Notes: a model not told the origin generated them from the sequence alone. DNA of 63,057 nt, filler included, from an uncultured bacterium (GCA_964371695.1; 26 parts of 26 records of this genome joined end to end with filler, not necessarily neighbours in it), one strand, 5' to 3'. Shown: positions 29,277 to 40,194, numbered from the whole stretch's first letter. Made by a program: numbers and translations.

Positions 29277-29818
29277 ATGAAGCCAACACAGTATCTGAAC
29301 ATTCTGGATTTCAAGCCGCTGATTACGCCCGCCGCGCTCAAACAGGCCATGCCTGCTTCCGAGCAGGCGCTCCAGACGGTGCTCAGCAGCCGCCAAGTGG
29401 TGCGGGACATCCTCGACAAAAAAGACTCCCGGTTTCTCATCGTCACCGGTCCCTGCTCCATTCACGACGAAAAAGCGGCCATGGAATATGCCGAAAAACT
29501 GGCCCGGTTCAAGACCACCCTGGGTGACTCGCTTTATATCGTCATGCGGGTTTATTTTGAAAAACCCCGCACCACGGTGGGCTGGAAGGGCCTCATCAAC
29601 GACCCCCACCTGAACAACACGTTCGACATTGAAGCCGGCCTGAAACTGGCCCGCAAGATTTTGCTGGCGGTGGCGGACCTGGGTTTGGCCACCGGCACGG
29701 AAATGCTCGACCCCATCGTGCCCCAATATCTCGCAGACCTCGTGAGCTGGGCGGCCATCGGCGCGCGCACCACCGAGTCACAAACCCACCGGGAAATGGC
29801 CAGCGGTCTGTCCATGCC
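29277..29818 (+). CDS. DAHP synthase class I-alpha (AroF/G/H type), 3'-truncated
   Basis: GPCSIHD, MRVYFEKPRTTVGWKGLINDP, AIGARTTESQTHREMASGLS. Confidence 0.95.
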
Positions 29819-30105
29819 NNNNNNNNNNNNNNNNNNNNNNNNNNNNNNNNNNNNNNNNNNNNTTAATTAATTAANNNNNNNNNNNNNNNNNNNNNNNNNN
29901 NNNNNNNNNNNNNNNNNNATCTGAATGGTGCGCGCCTTTGGCGCGGTTGATGCTCCCGGCGGGACGCCGGGGCGACCTCAAAAAACCCCCAATAATTCAG
30001 GATTTTTCTCACAAACCTGACAGCAATGGACACCGCGCCTACTCAAACAAAGGGTTGAAAAAATGGGCCGGATTTTTTTGCCCCAATTCAAGAAGGGTGT
30101 TTTTT

Positions 30106-30849
30106 TTAACGCAGCCCCATCAGGTGCTCCATGTTTTCGCGCAGGCGCTGGGCTTCTTCGGTCAGTTGCTCGCGGCTGGGGTTCTTGCCCAGTTTTTTCG
30201 AGACATGAAAAGGCGGGCCGATGCGCACGGTGACGGGTGTGGGCAGCCACAGCGGCAGCGTGAAGAAATATTCCACCTGATTGATGCTGAGGGAATGCAG
30301 CCAGGGGAAAATATTCTGCGCGCCGTCGGCCCACACGGGCACGATGGGCGCGCCGCTGTTCAGCGCCAGGCGGATGATGCCGGTTTTGAACGGATAGGTG
30401 CCTTTTTTTTCGAAGATGGGGTGAATGACGCCTTCGGGGAACACACCCACCGTGGCGCCTTCCTTCAGCAGGTCCGCCGTGGCGGTGAGGGTCTGTTTGA
30501 CCTGTTCCTTGTCTTTGGAAACCCCCATGTGTACGGCGATGGGAATGACGCCGATTTTTTCCAGCATCGGGCCGAACACGGGGTTGTTCATGATTTCGTC
30601 ATCGCCCACCCAGCGCACCGTGCGGCCCCGCGCCGCTGCGGCCAGCGAAACAAACGAGGCGTCGAGCATGCCGTTGTGCAGGGGGCAGATGATGACGCCG
30701 CCCTCACCCTCGGCGGGCAGGTTTTCCTGGCCCGTCACGGTCAGGCGGTGATAACGCGACAGCGGTTTGTAGATGGCCTGATAAATGCGCCGGTAAAGCT
30801 CTGGTGCGTCGGGCAGGTCTTCGGGCAGGTTCAGGGGGTGTGCGCTCAT
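30106..30849 (-). CDS. lysophospholipid acyltransferase (PlsC family)
   Basis: HNGMLD (Hx4D), FPEG, FKTG...IVPV; start overlaps the upstream stop (ATGA). Confidence 0.88.
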   Translation of the reverse strand: MSAHPLNLPEDLPDAPELYRRIYQAIYKPLSRYHRLTVTGQENLPAEGEGGVIICPLHNGMLDASFVSLAAAARGRTVRWVGDDEIMNNPVFGPMLEKIGVIPIAVHMGVSKDKEQVKQTLTATADLLKEGATVGVFPEGVIHPIFEKKGTYPFKTGIIRLALNSGAPIVPVWADGAQNIFPWLHSLSINQVEYFFTLPLWLPTPVTVRIGPPFHVSKKLGKNPSREQLTEEAQRLRENMEHLMGLR

Positions 30850-31889
30850 GGGGCCTCCGGCTCTGGCAGGTTCAGCATCCTTTTTGGGTTTTCCCACAAC
30901 ACGGCGCGGCGGATGTCGGGTGCGCCCTCGGTGGCGATGAGCAGCTTGGCCAGTTGCAGCGCCAGCGGATAAACCGGCCAGTCGCTGCCCCACACCAGTT
31001 GGTCGGTGGGCGCTTCGTCAAAAAAGGCCAGCAGGTGTTCGGGGGGCTGGCCGTCCAGCTCGGCGATCAGGTTTTTGTGCCGCCGGGTGAGCGCGATGGT
31101 GTCGCGGTACTGGTTCATGCCGCCGTGGCCCAGCATGACGTGGCAGCCGCCCAGCGCTTCGGCCACTTTGTCCATGCGGCTTAAGTGGCTGCGGGGGGTT
31201 TTATTGCCCGCCAGCCATTTGGGCTGCATGTCCGACACACCCGTGTGCACCAGCACAGGCAGGCCGGTTTTGTTCCACACGTCATACACCGCCAAAAAGG
31301 CTGGGTCGTCAATGGCCACGCCCTGAATCTCGCCATGCACCTTCAGGCCCCTGGCTCCGCCTGCAATGAAGCCTTCCAGCTTTTCCTGCCAGCGGCGGTC
31401 TTTGGGGTGAACGCTCACAAACGGAATGAGATTGGGGGCTTTTTCATACACCGTCAGGGCGTCTTCGCTGGTGTGGCTGAACACCGGAAAATCAATGGCC
31501 AGGATGACGGTGTGGGTGACGCCGGTCTGCTGCATTTCGCGCAGCAGGTTGGCGGCGGTGTGGCTCTCGTGTTTTTCGCGCCGGGTTTTGATGACGGACT
31601 TGAGGTAACTGTTGAGCAGGGCGTTGGCGTCGTTGTGGTGAAAATCCACGCCGGTGTAGACGGAGAGATTCACCGGAAACTTCTCTTTGTTCCAGAAGGT
31701 TTCGGTGGTGTCGAACTCACGCCAGTAATCCACCGTGCCCGCCAAAAGATAGGTCCAGCCCAGGTGGGCGTGGCAATCCACCACCGGGTGGGGCAGGGGG
31801 GCGCTGAGCATGATGTCGCCGCCCCGCACCTCAAAAAAGGGCAGTTTTTCGGCCATGTCAAAAACGTTGCTGAACTGTGTGGGAAACAT
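30846..31889 (-). CDS. amidohydrolase family protein (Amidohydro_2)
   Basis: DCHAH, GLKVH, VLVHTG, GHGG, WGSDWP. Confidence 0.9.
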   Translation of the reverse strand: MFPTQFSNVFDMAEKLPFFEVRGGDIMLSAPLPHPVVDCHAHLGWTYLLAGTVDYWREFDTTETFWNKEKFPVNLSVYTGVDFHHNDANALLNSYLKSVIKTRREKHESHTAANLLREMQQTGVTHTVILAIDFPVFSHTSEDALTVYEKAPNLIPFVSVHPKDRRWQEKLEGFIAGGARGLKVHGEIQGVAIDDPAFLAVYDVWNKTGLPVLVHTGVSDMQPKWLAGNKTPRSHLSRMDKVAEALGGCHVMLGHGGMNQYRDTIALTRRHKNLIAELDGQPPEHLLAFFDEAPTDQLVWGSDWPVYPLALQLAKLLIATEGAPDIRRAVLWENPKRMLNLPEPEAP

Positions 31890-31950
31890 GTCCCGGCAAG
31901 TTTAACAGCAGCAGGTCCCTCTCCCCAGCTTGTCGTTGCTCACAAGTCGG

Positions 31951-32249
31951 CGTCATTCCCGCGAAAGCGGCAGTCCAGTTGAAACAAAATCCGAACACCT
32001 TTTTCTGTTTTCTTTTTGGTGGCGCAGGCATCTTGCCTGCGTTCATATCAAAGGCAGGCGGGACGCCTGCCCCACTGAAGGAAAACAGAAAAGGATTTGG
32101 GGCTTTTGGTTTTGCCACAGGCGAGACGCCCGTGGCTACTGCGGCGCACCAGTAAATAAATGGTTGTTCATGTTTTTACTGGATTCCCGCTTCCTAGAGC
32201 ACTTTCGGAATTGGTGAATCATGCATCGTCTGAAAGCCCCGCCCTGGCT
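31951..32249. repeat. composite repeat array (ATTCCC-N8 unit, GCAGGC...GCCTGC hairpins, TAGAGCA-ended element)
   Basis: Long stretches shared with 36771-37068. Confidence 0.85.
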
Positions 32250-32573
32250 NNNNNNNNNNNNNNNNNNNNNNNNNNNNNNNNNNNNNNNNNNNNTTAATTA
32301 ATTAANNNNNNNNNNNNNNNNNNNNNNNNNNNNNNNNNNNNNNNNNNNNTTTTAAGTGCCCCCACCCATTTTTTTAAATTGGTTTGCGGGTTTCATCCTA
32401 AAAACCTTGCGAACAACACCGCACGGTAAAGACCAGCCCAAAAAAGGAGAAAAGACGACCACGCCCCTGATTTTATGCAACATGCCACATTATCCCCGAC
32501 CGATCTTTACCGGCGGCGGGGTCGGCCATCCATGGCCTTTGGGCTGCTGATTCTTCGCTTTCCGCGGGCGCTC

Positions 32574-33539
32574 TCAGTCAAACCGGTGGCCCTCGGCCAT
32601 ATACCAGCGCACAAAACGCCCCACGCCTTCGCTCACCGGCGTGGTGGGTTCAAACCCCAGAAACGACCGGGCGTGCTCAATGTCCGCATAGGTGCGGGGC
32701 ACGTCGCCGGGGGGAATGGGGCGGTCGTGGCGGATGGCCTTTTTGCCCACGGCGTCTTCCAGCAGGCCAATCACGTCTTCCAGGCATTCGCTGCGGTGGT
32801 TGCCCAGGTTGAACACCTCAAAACGTTCCAGCCCCGGTGTCTGCAACGATTTCACCACGCCCTGCACAATGTCTTCCACAAACGTGAAATCCCGCCACAT
32901 CTGCCCGCCGTTGAACACCTGTATCGGCTCGCCCAGGCGAATGGCGCGGCTGAATATCCACATCATCATGTCGGGCCTGCCCCAGGGGCCATACACGGTG
33001 AAAAACCGCAGGCCCACCGTGGAGAGGCCAAACAGATGCGAATAGGTGTGGGCAATGAGTTCGTTGGAGCGTTTGGTGGCGGCGTAAAGGCTGATGGGGG
33101 TGTTCACCGGGTCGGTCTCGCTGAAGGGCAGCTTGGTGTTGCCGCCATACACACTGCTGCTGGAGGCATAAACAAACCGCTCCACCGGAAAAGCCCGCGC
33201 CGCCTCCAGCAGGTTCACAAACCCCACCAGATTGGACTGAACATAGGCGTGGGGGTTTTCCAGCGAATAACGCACACCCGCCTGGGCCGCCAGATTGAGC
33301 ACGTGGGTGAAATCCCCCGCCTTGAACAGGTCCATCACCGCGCCGGTGTCCTCCAGCGAAAGCCGCTTGAGGGTGAACCCCGGCTGACCCGCCAACTGGG
33401 CCACGCGAGCCTCTTTGAGGGCCGGATTGTAATAAGCGTTGAAACTGTCCACACCCGTGACGCGGCAACCCATGGACAGCAGCTTTTGCGTCACATGAAA
33501 ACCGATGAACCCGGCCACGCCGGTAAGCAGCACATGCAT
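32574..33539 (-). CDS. NAD-dependent epimerase (UDP-glucuronate 4-epimerase-like)
   Basis: GVAGFIG, LAAQAGVRYS, YASSSSVYG, YAATK, RFFTVYGPWGRPDM. Confidence 0.95.
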   Translation of the reverse strand: MHVLLTGVAGFIGFHVTQKLLSMGCRVTGVDSFNAYYNPALKEARVAQLAGQPGFTLKRLSLEDTGAVMDLFKAGDFTHVLNLAAQAGVRYSLENPHAYVQSNLVGFVNLLEAARAFPVERFVYASSSSVYGGNTKLPFSETDPVNTPISLYAATKRSNELIAHTYSHLFGLSTVGLRFFTVYGPWGRPDMMMWIFSRAIRLGEPIQVFNGGQMWRDFTFVEDIVQGVVKSLQTPGLERFEVFNLGNHRSECLEDVIGLLEDAVGKKAIRHDRPIPPGDVPRTYADIEHARSFLGFEPTTPVSEGVGRFVRWYMAEGHRFD

Positions 33540-33551
33540 GACGGGGCACCT

Positions 33552-33713
33552 TAGAGCCTGTTTATTAAGTAGTCAAAAAACCAAACAACAGGCTCTTGCG
33601 GCCATGGATGGCCGTATTCGAAAACCGAAGGGTTAAAAACCCACAGGTTTTCGCGCTTGTGATCAGAAATTTTTCTGGTCACAGCGGTCGAATAAATCCA
33701 CGGAGGGATTTAT
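33552..33713 (+). repeat. AGAGCCTGTT...AACAGGCTCT mini-element plus repeat family B
   Basis: Inverted ends 33553-33596; family B hairpins with ATGGAT and ACGGAG loops. Confidence 0.8.
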
Positions 33714-33754
33714 GAGATGAACTCAAAAGCAAAAACGGCAGCGTTGCCACCGGC

Positions 33755-34654
33755 TTAATTTTTCAGCAACCTTTTCCAGAAAAACAGGGCGTTTTTTTTC
33801 TCGAACCGACTTCTGTCCCGTTTTTGGACCAAGCCAAACAGTCCCCAGCGCGCCGTGTGTCCCAGGGCGAAAAACAGCGCCGCTCCAAAACGCCCCAGGG
33901 GGCCATGGTGCTCGCGGAAGTACGTCAGAATCGCCTGATTGAAATGGCCGGTGGCCGGGCCGTGATCCGTGCCCGGGGCCTTGCCCACGTGCACCACCGG
34001 CGGACCGTCCAGCACCTTCACCGTCAGGCCCAGCCGGTGCAGGCGTTTGCACAGGTCGGTGTCTTCCTGATACAGAAAAAACCGCTCGTTCCAGCCGCCG
34101 GTTTTTTCGAACACTTCGCGGCGCATGGCCAGGCAGGCCCCCAGCACCCAATCCACCTCTCCCGACCGGGGCTGGGGAAAAAGCCCCCGCCGGGTGAGCC
34201 AGCCCAGCAGGCCCAGGTTCTGCCAAAAAATGCTTCCCAGTGTAGGAAAGGCGAATGCATTCTGCTGGGGCGCGCCGCCGGGATAAACCATGGGCAGCGT
34301 GGCCGCCCCCAGGGTTTCGTCACGCAGCAGCGCCGTGGCCAGCACCGCGGCCCCGCAGGGCGGCAACAGGGCGTCGGGGTTCAGAAACAACAACACCGGC
34401 GCGGTACAGGACTTGGCCCCCAGGTTGTTGGCCACGGCAAACCCGGCGTTGTTTTTCGAGGCAATCACCTCTGCCCCGGCGGCCTGCGCCACCGCCACGC
34501 TGTCGTCGCTGCTGGCGTTGTCCACCACCACCACCCGCCCCACACCGGCGGCGGCCCTGGCGCTTTTTACACACTCCCCCAGTGTGGCCGCGATGTGATA
34601 AGACACCACCACCACGTCCACAACGGGCGTTGCAAAAATTTCTGGAGGGGGCAT
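33755..34654 (-). CDS. GT2 glycosyltransferase (WbbL-like)
   Basis: VVDNASSD, NAGFAVANN, LNPD, VLGAC, FFLYQEDTD. Confidence 0.92.
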   Translation of the reverse strand: MPPPEIFATPVVDVVVVSYHIAATLGECVKSARAAAGVGRVVVVDNASSDDSVAVAQAAGAEVIASKNNAGFAVANNLGAKSCTAPVLLFLNPDALLPPCGAAVLATALLRDETLGAATLPMVYPGGAPQQNAFAFPTLGSIFWQNLGLLGWLTRRGLFPQPRSGEVDWVLGACLAMRREVFEKTGGWNERFFLYQEDTDLCKRLHRLGLTVKVLDGPPVVHVGKAPGTDHGPATGHFNQAILTYFREHHGPLGRFGAALFFALGHTARWGLFGLVQKRDRSRFEKKNALFFWKRLLKN

Positions 34655-34759
34655 GGGCTNNNNNNNNNNNNNNNNNNNNNNNNNNNNNNNNNNNNNNNNN
34701 NNNTTAATTAATTAANNNNNNNNNNNNNNNNNNNNNNNNNNNNNNNNNNNNNNNNNNNN

Positions 34760-34888
34760 GGCCGCCGTGGCCGGGAATAAATCCCGGCCACGAGCGCGAA
34801 AACCTGCGGATTTTTTATCCTCCGGTTTTCGGGGCGGTCCATCCTGGCCCGCAAACCCCTCTCAAAATATTTTTGAGAGGGGTTCTAA
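34760..34888 (-). repeat. repeat family B (reverse orientation) plus terminal hairpin
   Basis: Reverse complement matches 6066-6140; aacccctctcaaaa/ttttgagaggggtt stem. Confidence 0.8.
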
Positions 34889-34916
34889 ACCACGTGGCGT
34901 GGCATAAACTGGGCTT

Positions 34917-35570
34917 GTGTCTCAACCCGTCTGGCGGAAAGCGGCCCTCGATAAACTTCACCAGCACAGCGTGGCCCTGAAAAAAGACCCACTGCTGGGG
35001 CCGGTGGTGAGACGCACGGGGCCTATGCGCCTGAACACGCCCTCAGATCCGTTCCATTCCCTCAGCCGCGCCATCGTGAGCCAGCAGATCAGCATGAAAG
35101 CCGCCGAGACCATTTATGGGCGTCTGCTCTCAGCCGTGGGAGGAGAGAAAAAACTCACTCCCCCGGCGGTGCTGCAACTGGGTGACGAACACCTCCGGCC
35201 CCTTGGCCTGAGCCAGCAGAAAATCCGATATCTGCTGGCGCTTTCCGAGCGGGTGGAAACAGGGGCCTTGCCCATCAAAAAGTTGCACCGGCTGCCCGAC
35301 GACGAAGTGTTGGACCTGCTGGTGCAGACGCCGGGCATTGGTGAATGGACCGCCCAGATGTTCCTGATGTTTTTCCTGGCCCGTGAAGACGTCTGGCCTG
35401 TGGGGGATTTGGGCATGTGCGAGGCCCTGGGCCGCCTGCATGGTGTGGCGCGCCCTGCGCCCCGCGAGGCCAGGGCCATGGGAGAACCCTGGCTGGGGCG
35501 ACGCAGCGTGGCGGCGTGGTATCTCTGGCGCTCGCTGGAAGGGGAACCCCAGCAGGGCGGCATTTGGTGA
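34917..35570 (+). CDS. alkA: DNA-3-methyladenine glycosylase II (HhH-GPD)
   Basis: AIVSQQIS, GLS.QK..Y, GIGEWTAQMFLMF, PVGDLG, W...RSVAAWYLW. Confidence 0.92.
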   Translation: MSQPVWRKAALDKLHQHSVALKKDPLLGPVVRRTGPMRLNTPSDPFHSLSRAIVSQQISMKAAETIYGRLLSAVGGEKKLTPPAVLQLGDEHLRPLGLSQQKIRYLLALSERVETGALPIKKLHRLPDDEVLDLLVQTPGIGEWTAQMFLMFFLAREDVWPVGDLGMCEALGRLHGVARPAPREARAMGEPWLGRRSVAAWYLWRSLEGEPQQGGIW

Positions 35571-36700
35571 CATCACCGGCGCAAAGCTCGCTCGTGCGGT
35601 TTCTGCTTTGGCTGCTTTGGGGTTTGATGATGCTGGGCGCTGCCCTGTTATGGCTGATGTCGGCGTTGTTTCATGCGCCGGTTGCGGTGGGAGCGCTGGT
35701 TGCCGTTGTGGCAGGAGCGTTGGTCGCGCCACGCCGCTTCAGGCGCTGGGTGTTGGCACTGGGTGTGTGGGGCGGCAGTTTTTTGTTATTGCTCAGCGTG
35801 TTTTTTGTGTTGCCCGGTTTTCCCTGTCCGGCGCAAAGCGGCCAGTTGCGCTGGCTGGACCGTTCGGCTCCAGCCTATGACGCGTGGTGGATTTCTGAAA
35901 AAGCCGTGGTGGTGGGGCGCGCTCAAAACGGCCCAAAAAGCGGCCTGCTGCTGCTTCAGCGGGGACGGCTGAAAAGCCTCTTCCCCGCAAAAAAAGTGCA
36001 GGGTCTGCTGGTGCGGGGCAAACGTTTGCTGGCCACCGACTGGGCGGGGCATCGTCTTGTCCGCTTCACGGTGGGGGCCGGGCCAAAGGCAGAAAAACTT
36101 TGCCGTTTCCCCATTGATCTTGCTGCTTTGCGAAAAGAAATATTGGTGTTGTGTGAGGGAGACCAGAAACTGGTGCGGCTGTCGGGCTGGCCGCCCAAAC
36201 CGGTGCGGACCTACGCCCTGCCAAGCCGCATGAACAACCCCTACGGTCTGGCAGTGAATGAAGAAAAGGACTTGGCCTATGTAAGCAACTGGGGGCTGGA
36301 GGGAGGTGTGGTGATGGTGGATTTGAAAACGGGGAGCGCACGGTGGGTGTCGGTGGGCGGCTCGGCCATGGGGTTGTTGCGTGTGCCCCAGCGGGGTGAA
36401 TTGTGGCTGGCGCAGCCACTGGCGGGGCGGGTGCTGCGTCTGGATGAAAACACACTTCGGCCCGTGGGGCATCTCAACACTTCTCTTGGGGCCAGGCGTC
36501 TTTCGCTGAATGGAGAGGTAGTGGGAGTGGTGAGTTATTTCGACGGCATGCTGGAAACGTGGGACGTGGCCACGCTCAAAAAAATGGCGAAGATGCCCGT
36601 GGGGCGTCTGGCCCGCGGCATTCGTCCTGCTCCCGGTGGTTTTGTGGTGTGTTCGGGATGTGGTGTGGCGCGTGTGAAACTGGCGCTGAAAAATCGGTGA
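35567..36700 (+). CDS. membrane-anchored YncE/YVTN-like beta-propeller protein
   Basis: GTG overlaps the alkA stop; N-terminal TM helices; PYGLAV...AYVSNW and VGRLARGI repeats. Confidence 0.7.
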   Translation: MTSPAQSSLVRFLLWLLWGLMMLGAALLWLMSALFHAPVAVGALVAVVAGALVAPRRFRRWVLALGVWGGSFLLLLSVFFVLPGFPCPAQSGQLRWLDRSAPAYDAWWISEKAVVVGRAQNGPKSGLLLLQRGRLKSLFPAKKVQGLLVRGKRLLATDWAGHRLVRFTVGAGPKAEKLCRFPIDLAALRKEILVLCEGDQKLVRLSGWPPKPVRTYALPSRMNNPYGLAVNEEKDLAYVSNWGLEGGVVMVDLKTGSARWVSVGGSAMGLLRVPQRGELWLAQPLAGRVLRLDENTLRPVGHLNTSLGARRLSLNGEVVGVVSYFDGMLETWDVATLKKMAKMPVGRLARGIRPAPGGFVVCSGCGVARVKLALKNR

Positions 36701-36701
36701 A

Positions 36702-37068
36702 TTAGTGCATTTTCGGAAAAGGTGGAGCATTTGGCGGAGCTTTCCTGACCAAAACATTGGCCAACCCGCCGTCATTCCCGCGGAAGCGGGAATCCAGTTG
36801 AAATATAAACATCCCACCTTCTTCTTTATTTCTTTCAGTGGCACGGACACTCCTGTCCGTGCATTCAACAAAAGACAAAAACCTTTTTCTGTTTTCTTTT
36901 GGTGGCGCAGGCATCTTGCCTGCGTTCATGTAAAAGGCAGGCAGGATGCCTGCCCCACCAGAACTGGTTTTTTCTTATGTCTTACTGGATTCCCGCTTTC
37001 GCGGGAATGACGCCATTCAGGGCGGGGCTTTCAGGCGATGTCTGACCCATCAACTCCGAAAATGCTCT
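36702..37068. repeat. composite repeat array bounded by inverted ATTCCC-N8-GGGAAT units
   Basis: Units at 36774-36793 and 36989-37008 enclose nested hairpins; TAG(A/T)GCATTTTCG-type ends at 36703 and 37068. Confidence 0.85.
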
Positions 37069-37168
37069 NNNNNNNNNNNNNNNNNNNNNNNNNNNNNNNN
37101 NNNNNNNNNNNNTTAATTAATTAANNNNNNNNNNNNNNNNNNNNNNNNNNNNNNNNNNNNNNNNNNNN

Positions 37169-38586
37169 ATGCCGCACTGCTCACCCGATACACGCTCATC
37201 CGCCAACTGGCCAACGGCCTGTATTACTTTTGGGTGGTGCGGGCGTTGAGCCAGACACAATATGGCGGCGCGGTGGTGGCCGGCACACTGGTGGGTTTTT
37301 TTGGTCTGGCGGCGGATCTCGGCCAAACCCAGTTGCTGGGCCGGGAACTGGCCCGTCACCCAGAGCAGCGGCCCAGCTTGTTTTTTCACGCCATGGGCCT
37401 GTGCCTGCTGGCCACGGCCCTGGCCCTGATGCTGGTGCAGGGGGCCGCCTGGGGGCTGGGTTATGACGCCCCCGTGCGCGAAATGGTGACCTGGGGAGCC
37501 ATCGGCCTGTTGGCCCTGCCTCTGGCCAATCTTTTTTCGGCAGTGTTCAATGGCGCACAGGTCCTTGGCCCCCCGGCCCGCCTCAGCGCACTGATGGCAT
37601 GGCTGAAGCTGCTGCTCAGCGTGCCCCTGCTGCTGCGCCTGCCCACCGGTGTGGCCTATCTGGCGCTGGAGGCCGCTTTTGGGACAGCCCTGGGCGCTGC
37701 GCTGTGGATGATGGCTCGCCGCCATCACCTTGCGCCCGCCAAACCGGCTTTTGACCTGACACAGGTGCGTTTTCTGCTGCGCGAGGGCCTGCCCTTTGTG
37801 GGCGTGTTCGCCGCCTACACCTTTTACAACCGCATTGACCTGCTGATGCTGGATTATTTTCAGCCTAAGGCAGAAGTGGCCCGCTACGCGGCGTCTTACC
37901 GTTTTTTTGAATACGTGGTGATGTTGCCAGGGCTGCTGGCGGCGGCGCTGCTCCCCACCCTGAGCGCCTCGTTTGCCGACAAAGAGCGTTTTGCCAGAGG
38001 CTTGCGGCGCGGGTTTCTGGTGTTTCTGGTGCTGGGGGCCTTCAGTGGCGGAGCAGCCATTTTCTTTTCACCCATGTTGGTCAAACTGCTTGGCCCGGCT
38101 TATTCGGGCACCGAGCCGGTGCTGCGCTGGCTCATGCTGGGCACACCGTTTTATTATGCCTGTTATGCCCCCATGAACGGCCTGAACGCCTCGGGCAACC
38201 AGCGGGGCGTGATGGTGGTGGTGCTGGCGGGGCTGGTGTTGAACGTAAGCATCAACCTGCATGTCTTGCCCCGCTGGGGCGCACAGGGGGCAGCGCTGGT
38301 CAATTCGTTCACCCTGGCCTTTTACCTGTTCGCCTATCTGGCCCTGTGCCGCCGGGCGATGGGGTGGGTGCGCTTTTGGCAACCCCGCCTGTGGCGGCTG
38401 GGCGCAATTTTTGCCTTAGCCGCCGGGGCAGCCTGCGCCACCCACCTGTGGTGGTCCAAGTTGGCGGCGGGGTTTGTTTTCATGGCCATTTTCGCCCCGC
38501 TGCTGCTCAAGGGGTTTCCTTTTGAAGAAGACGAAAAAGGTTGGATGGGGCGGTTCCGGCAATTAGCGTGGCGGGGGAAGAATTGA
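37169..38586 (+). CDS. polysaccharide flippase (Wzx/MOP family), 5'-truncated
   Basis: ADLG...L.RELAR, LLREGLPF, YNRIDLLML, Y.ASYR; about 12 TM segments. Confidence 0.9.
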
Positions 38587-38588
38587 TC

Positions 38589-39416
38589 ATGTCCACTACA
38601 CCCTCTCCCTCCACCCCAGGTCCAGATTACCGCGCCCTTCAGAACCGGGCATTTGATGAAGAAGTGGCGGTGCTGCGCGCCCAAGGCATGGCGGCGCGTT
38701 TTGGTTATCAGGAAAACCTGGATGACGCCCTGGCCGCCTATGGTCGCCACCCCACGTGGCAGCGGCTCGCGGCGGCGCGCCCGGACTGGACCGGCGCTGC
38801 CGTGCTGGATTATGGCGCGGGTCGGGGTCTGGCGGGGCGGCTGCTGGCCCGCCGGGGCGCACGGGTGGTGGCGGTGGACATGAACGACAGCGCCGTGGCG
38901 GGCCTGGGGGCGCTGAGGGGCGTGACCGAAAACGTGCAACCCGTGGCCGCCATGTTCGAAGCCCTGCCCATCGCCAACCAGAGCCTGGACGCCGTGGTGT
39001 GCCGCTGGGTGCTGCATCATTGCGGCGACCTGCCCCTGGCCCTGAAAGAGTTGCACCGGGTGCTGAAGCCCGGCGGACTGCTGCTGGCCCAGGCCGAGCC
39101 GCTGCTGCCCCTGCACTGGCCCAAAGAAAAGTTCCTTGCCTTTCACCGCACACATTTTTTTTCAGAGGGTGTGCATGAAAACGCAGACCGCCCCTGGGGT
39201 TATCGCCGGGCGCTGAGGCAGGCAGGTTTTGACGTCACGCATCTGGCCATTGAACCCCCGCCTGCCCCCGCCTCGTGGCGGGGCCGGTGGCACAGGCTGT
39301 GGGGCCACGCCCCCCTGCCCCACCCCCTCAAGGGTTATGTGCAGGATCCCCGCCTGCTCTTCACCCCGCTGGACATCACACTCATCGCCAGAAAAAAGCA
39401 GGTGGCATTCTGCTAG
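38589..39416 (+). CDS. class I SAM-dependent methyltransferase
   Basis: VLDYGAGRG, VAVD, LHH, LHRVLKPGG. Confidence 0.9.
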   Translation: MSTTPSPSTPGPDYRALQNRAFDEEVAVLRAQGMAARFGYQENLDDALAAYGRHPTWQRLAAARPDWTGAAVLDYGAGRGLAGRLLARRGARVVAVDMNDSAVAGLGALRGVTENVQPVAAMFEALPIANQSLDAVVCRWVLHHCGDLPLALKELHRVLKPGGLLLAQAEPLLPLHWPKEKFLAFHRTHFFSEGVHENADRPWGYRRALRQAGFDVTHLAIEPPPAPASWRGRWHRLWGHAPLPHPLKGYVQDPRLLFTPLDITLIARKKQVAFC

Positions 39417-39567
39417 AGCATTTTCGAAGTAGACGTGGACACAATAAGAGATTTTTTACTTGCCCTCNNNNNNNNNNNNNNNNNNNNNNNNNNNNNNNNN
39501 NNNNNNNNNNNTTAATTAATTAANNNNNNNNNNNNNNNNNNNNNNNNNNNNNNNNNNNNNNNNNNNN

Positions 39568-39694
39568 CGCCGCCCCGGTCGCCGCCCCCCCGCCGCCCCA
39601 GGCCAGGCAACCGCCCCAGGCTGCCGGGAGCCAGCAGCAGGGGCGAGAAAACACCCAGCAACAACCCCACGCACAAAAAGATTTTTCGTGGCAC
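39568..39694 (-). CDS. N-terminal fragment of a putative secreted/membrane protein
   Basis: Signal-like MPRKIFLCVGLLLGVFSPLLLA directly after yajQ. Confidence 0.4.
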
Positions 39695-39702
39695 GCCAGA
39701 CC

Positions 39703-40194
39703 TCAGCGGAAGTTCACAAACTGAACGGGGCGGTCCAGATCCGCGCCCTTCACCGCCGCAATCACCGCCTGCAGGTCGTCTTTGCTCTGGCTGGTCACGC
39801 GCACCTGTTCATCCTGAATCTGGGCTTTCACCTTGAGGTTGAGGGATTTGATGAGGGTGGTGATGGTTTTGCCTGTCTCTTTGTCGATGCCTTCGCGGAA
39901 CACCAGCCGCTGGCGCACCGCGCCCTTGGTGGCGGCTTCCTCAGTTTTTTCTTCCAGCGCCGAAAAATCCAGCTCCCGCTTGATGAACTTCTGCTGCAAC
40001 ACCTGCTTGATGTTTTTCAGCCGCATGTCGTCCTGCGCCAGAATGGTGAGGCCGTCTTCTTCCAGCGAAATCTCCGCCGTCACGCCCCTGAAATCAAAAC
40101 GGTTTTCGATTTCCCGCACCGACTGATCCACGGCGTTTTTCACTTCCTGCCGGTCAATTTTGCTCACGATGTCAAACGAGTTTTCCTTGGCCAT
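39703..40194 (-). CDS. yajQ: YajQ family nucleotide/c-di-GMP-binding protein
   Basis: SFDIVS, NAVDQ, RFDF, QIQDEQVRVT...DDLQ, QFVNFR; ATG at 40194. Confidence 0.96.
   Translation of the reverse strand: MAKENSFDIVSKIDRQEVKNAVDQSVREIENRFDFRGVTAEISLEEDGLTILAQDDMRLKNIKQVLQQKFIKRELDFSALEEKTEEAATKGAVRQRLVFREGIDKETGKTITTLIKSLNLKVKAQIQDEQVRVTSQSKDDLQAVIAAVKGADLDRPVQFVNFR

Noticed and set aside
34900-34915. GG-N10-GC sigma-54-like promoter before alkA
   Set aside because: It would place the TSS inside the CDS; the TAAACT leaderless -10 explains the site better
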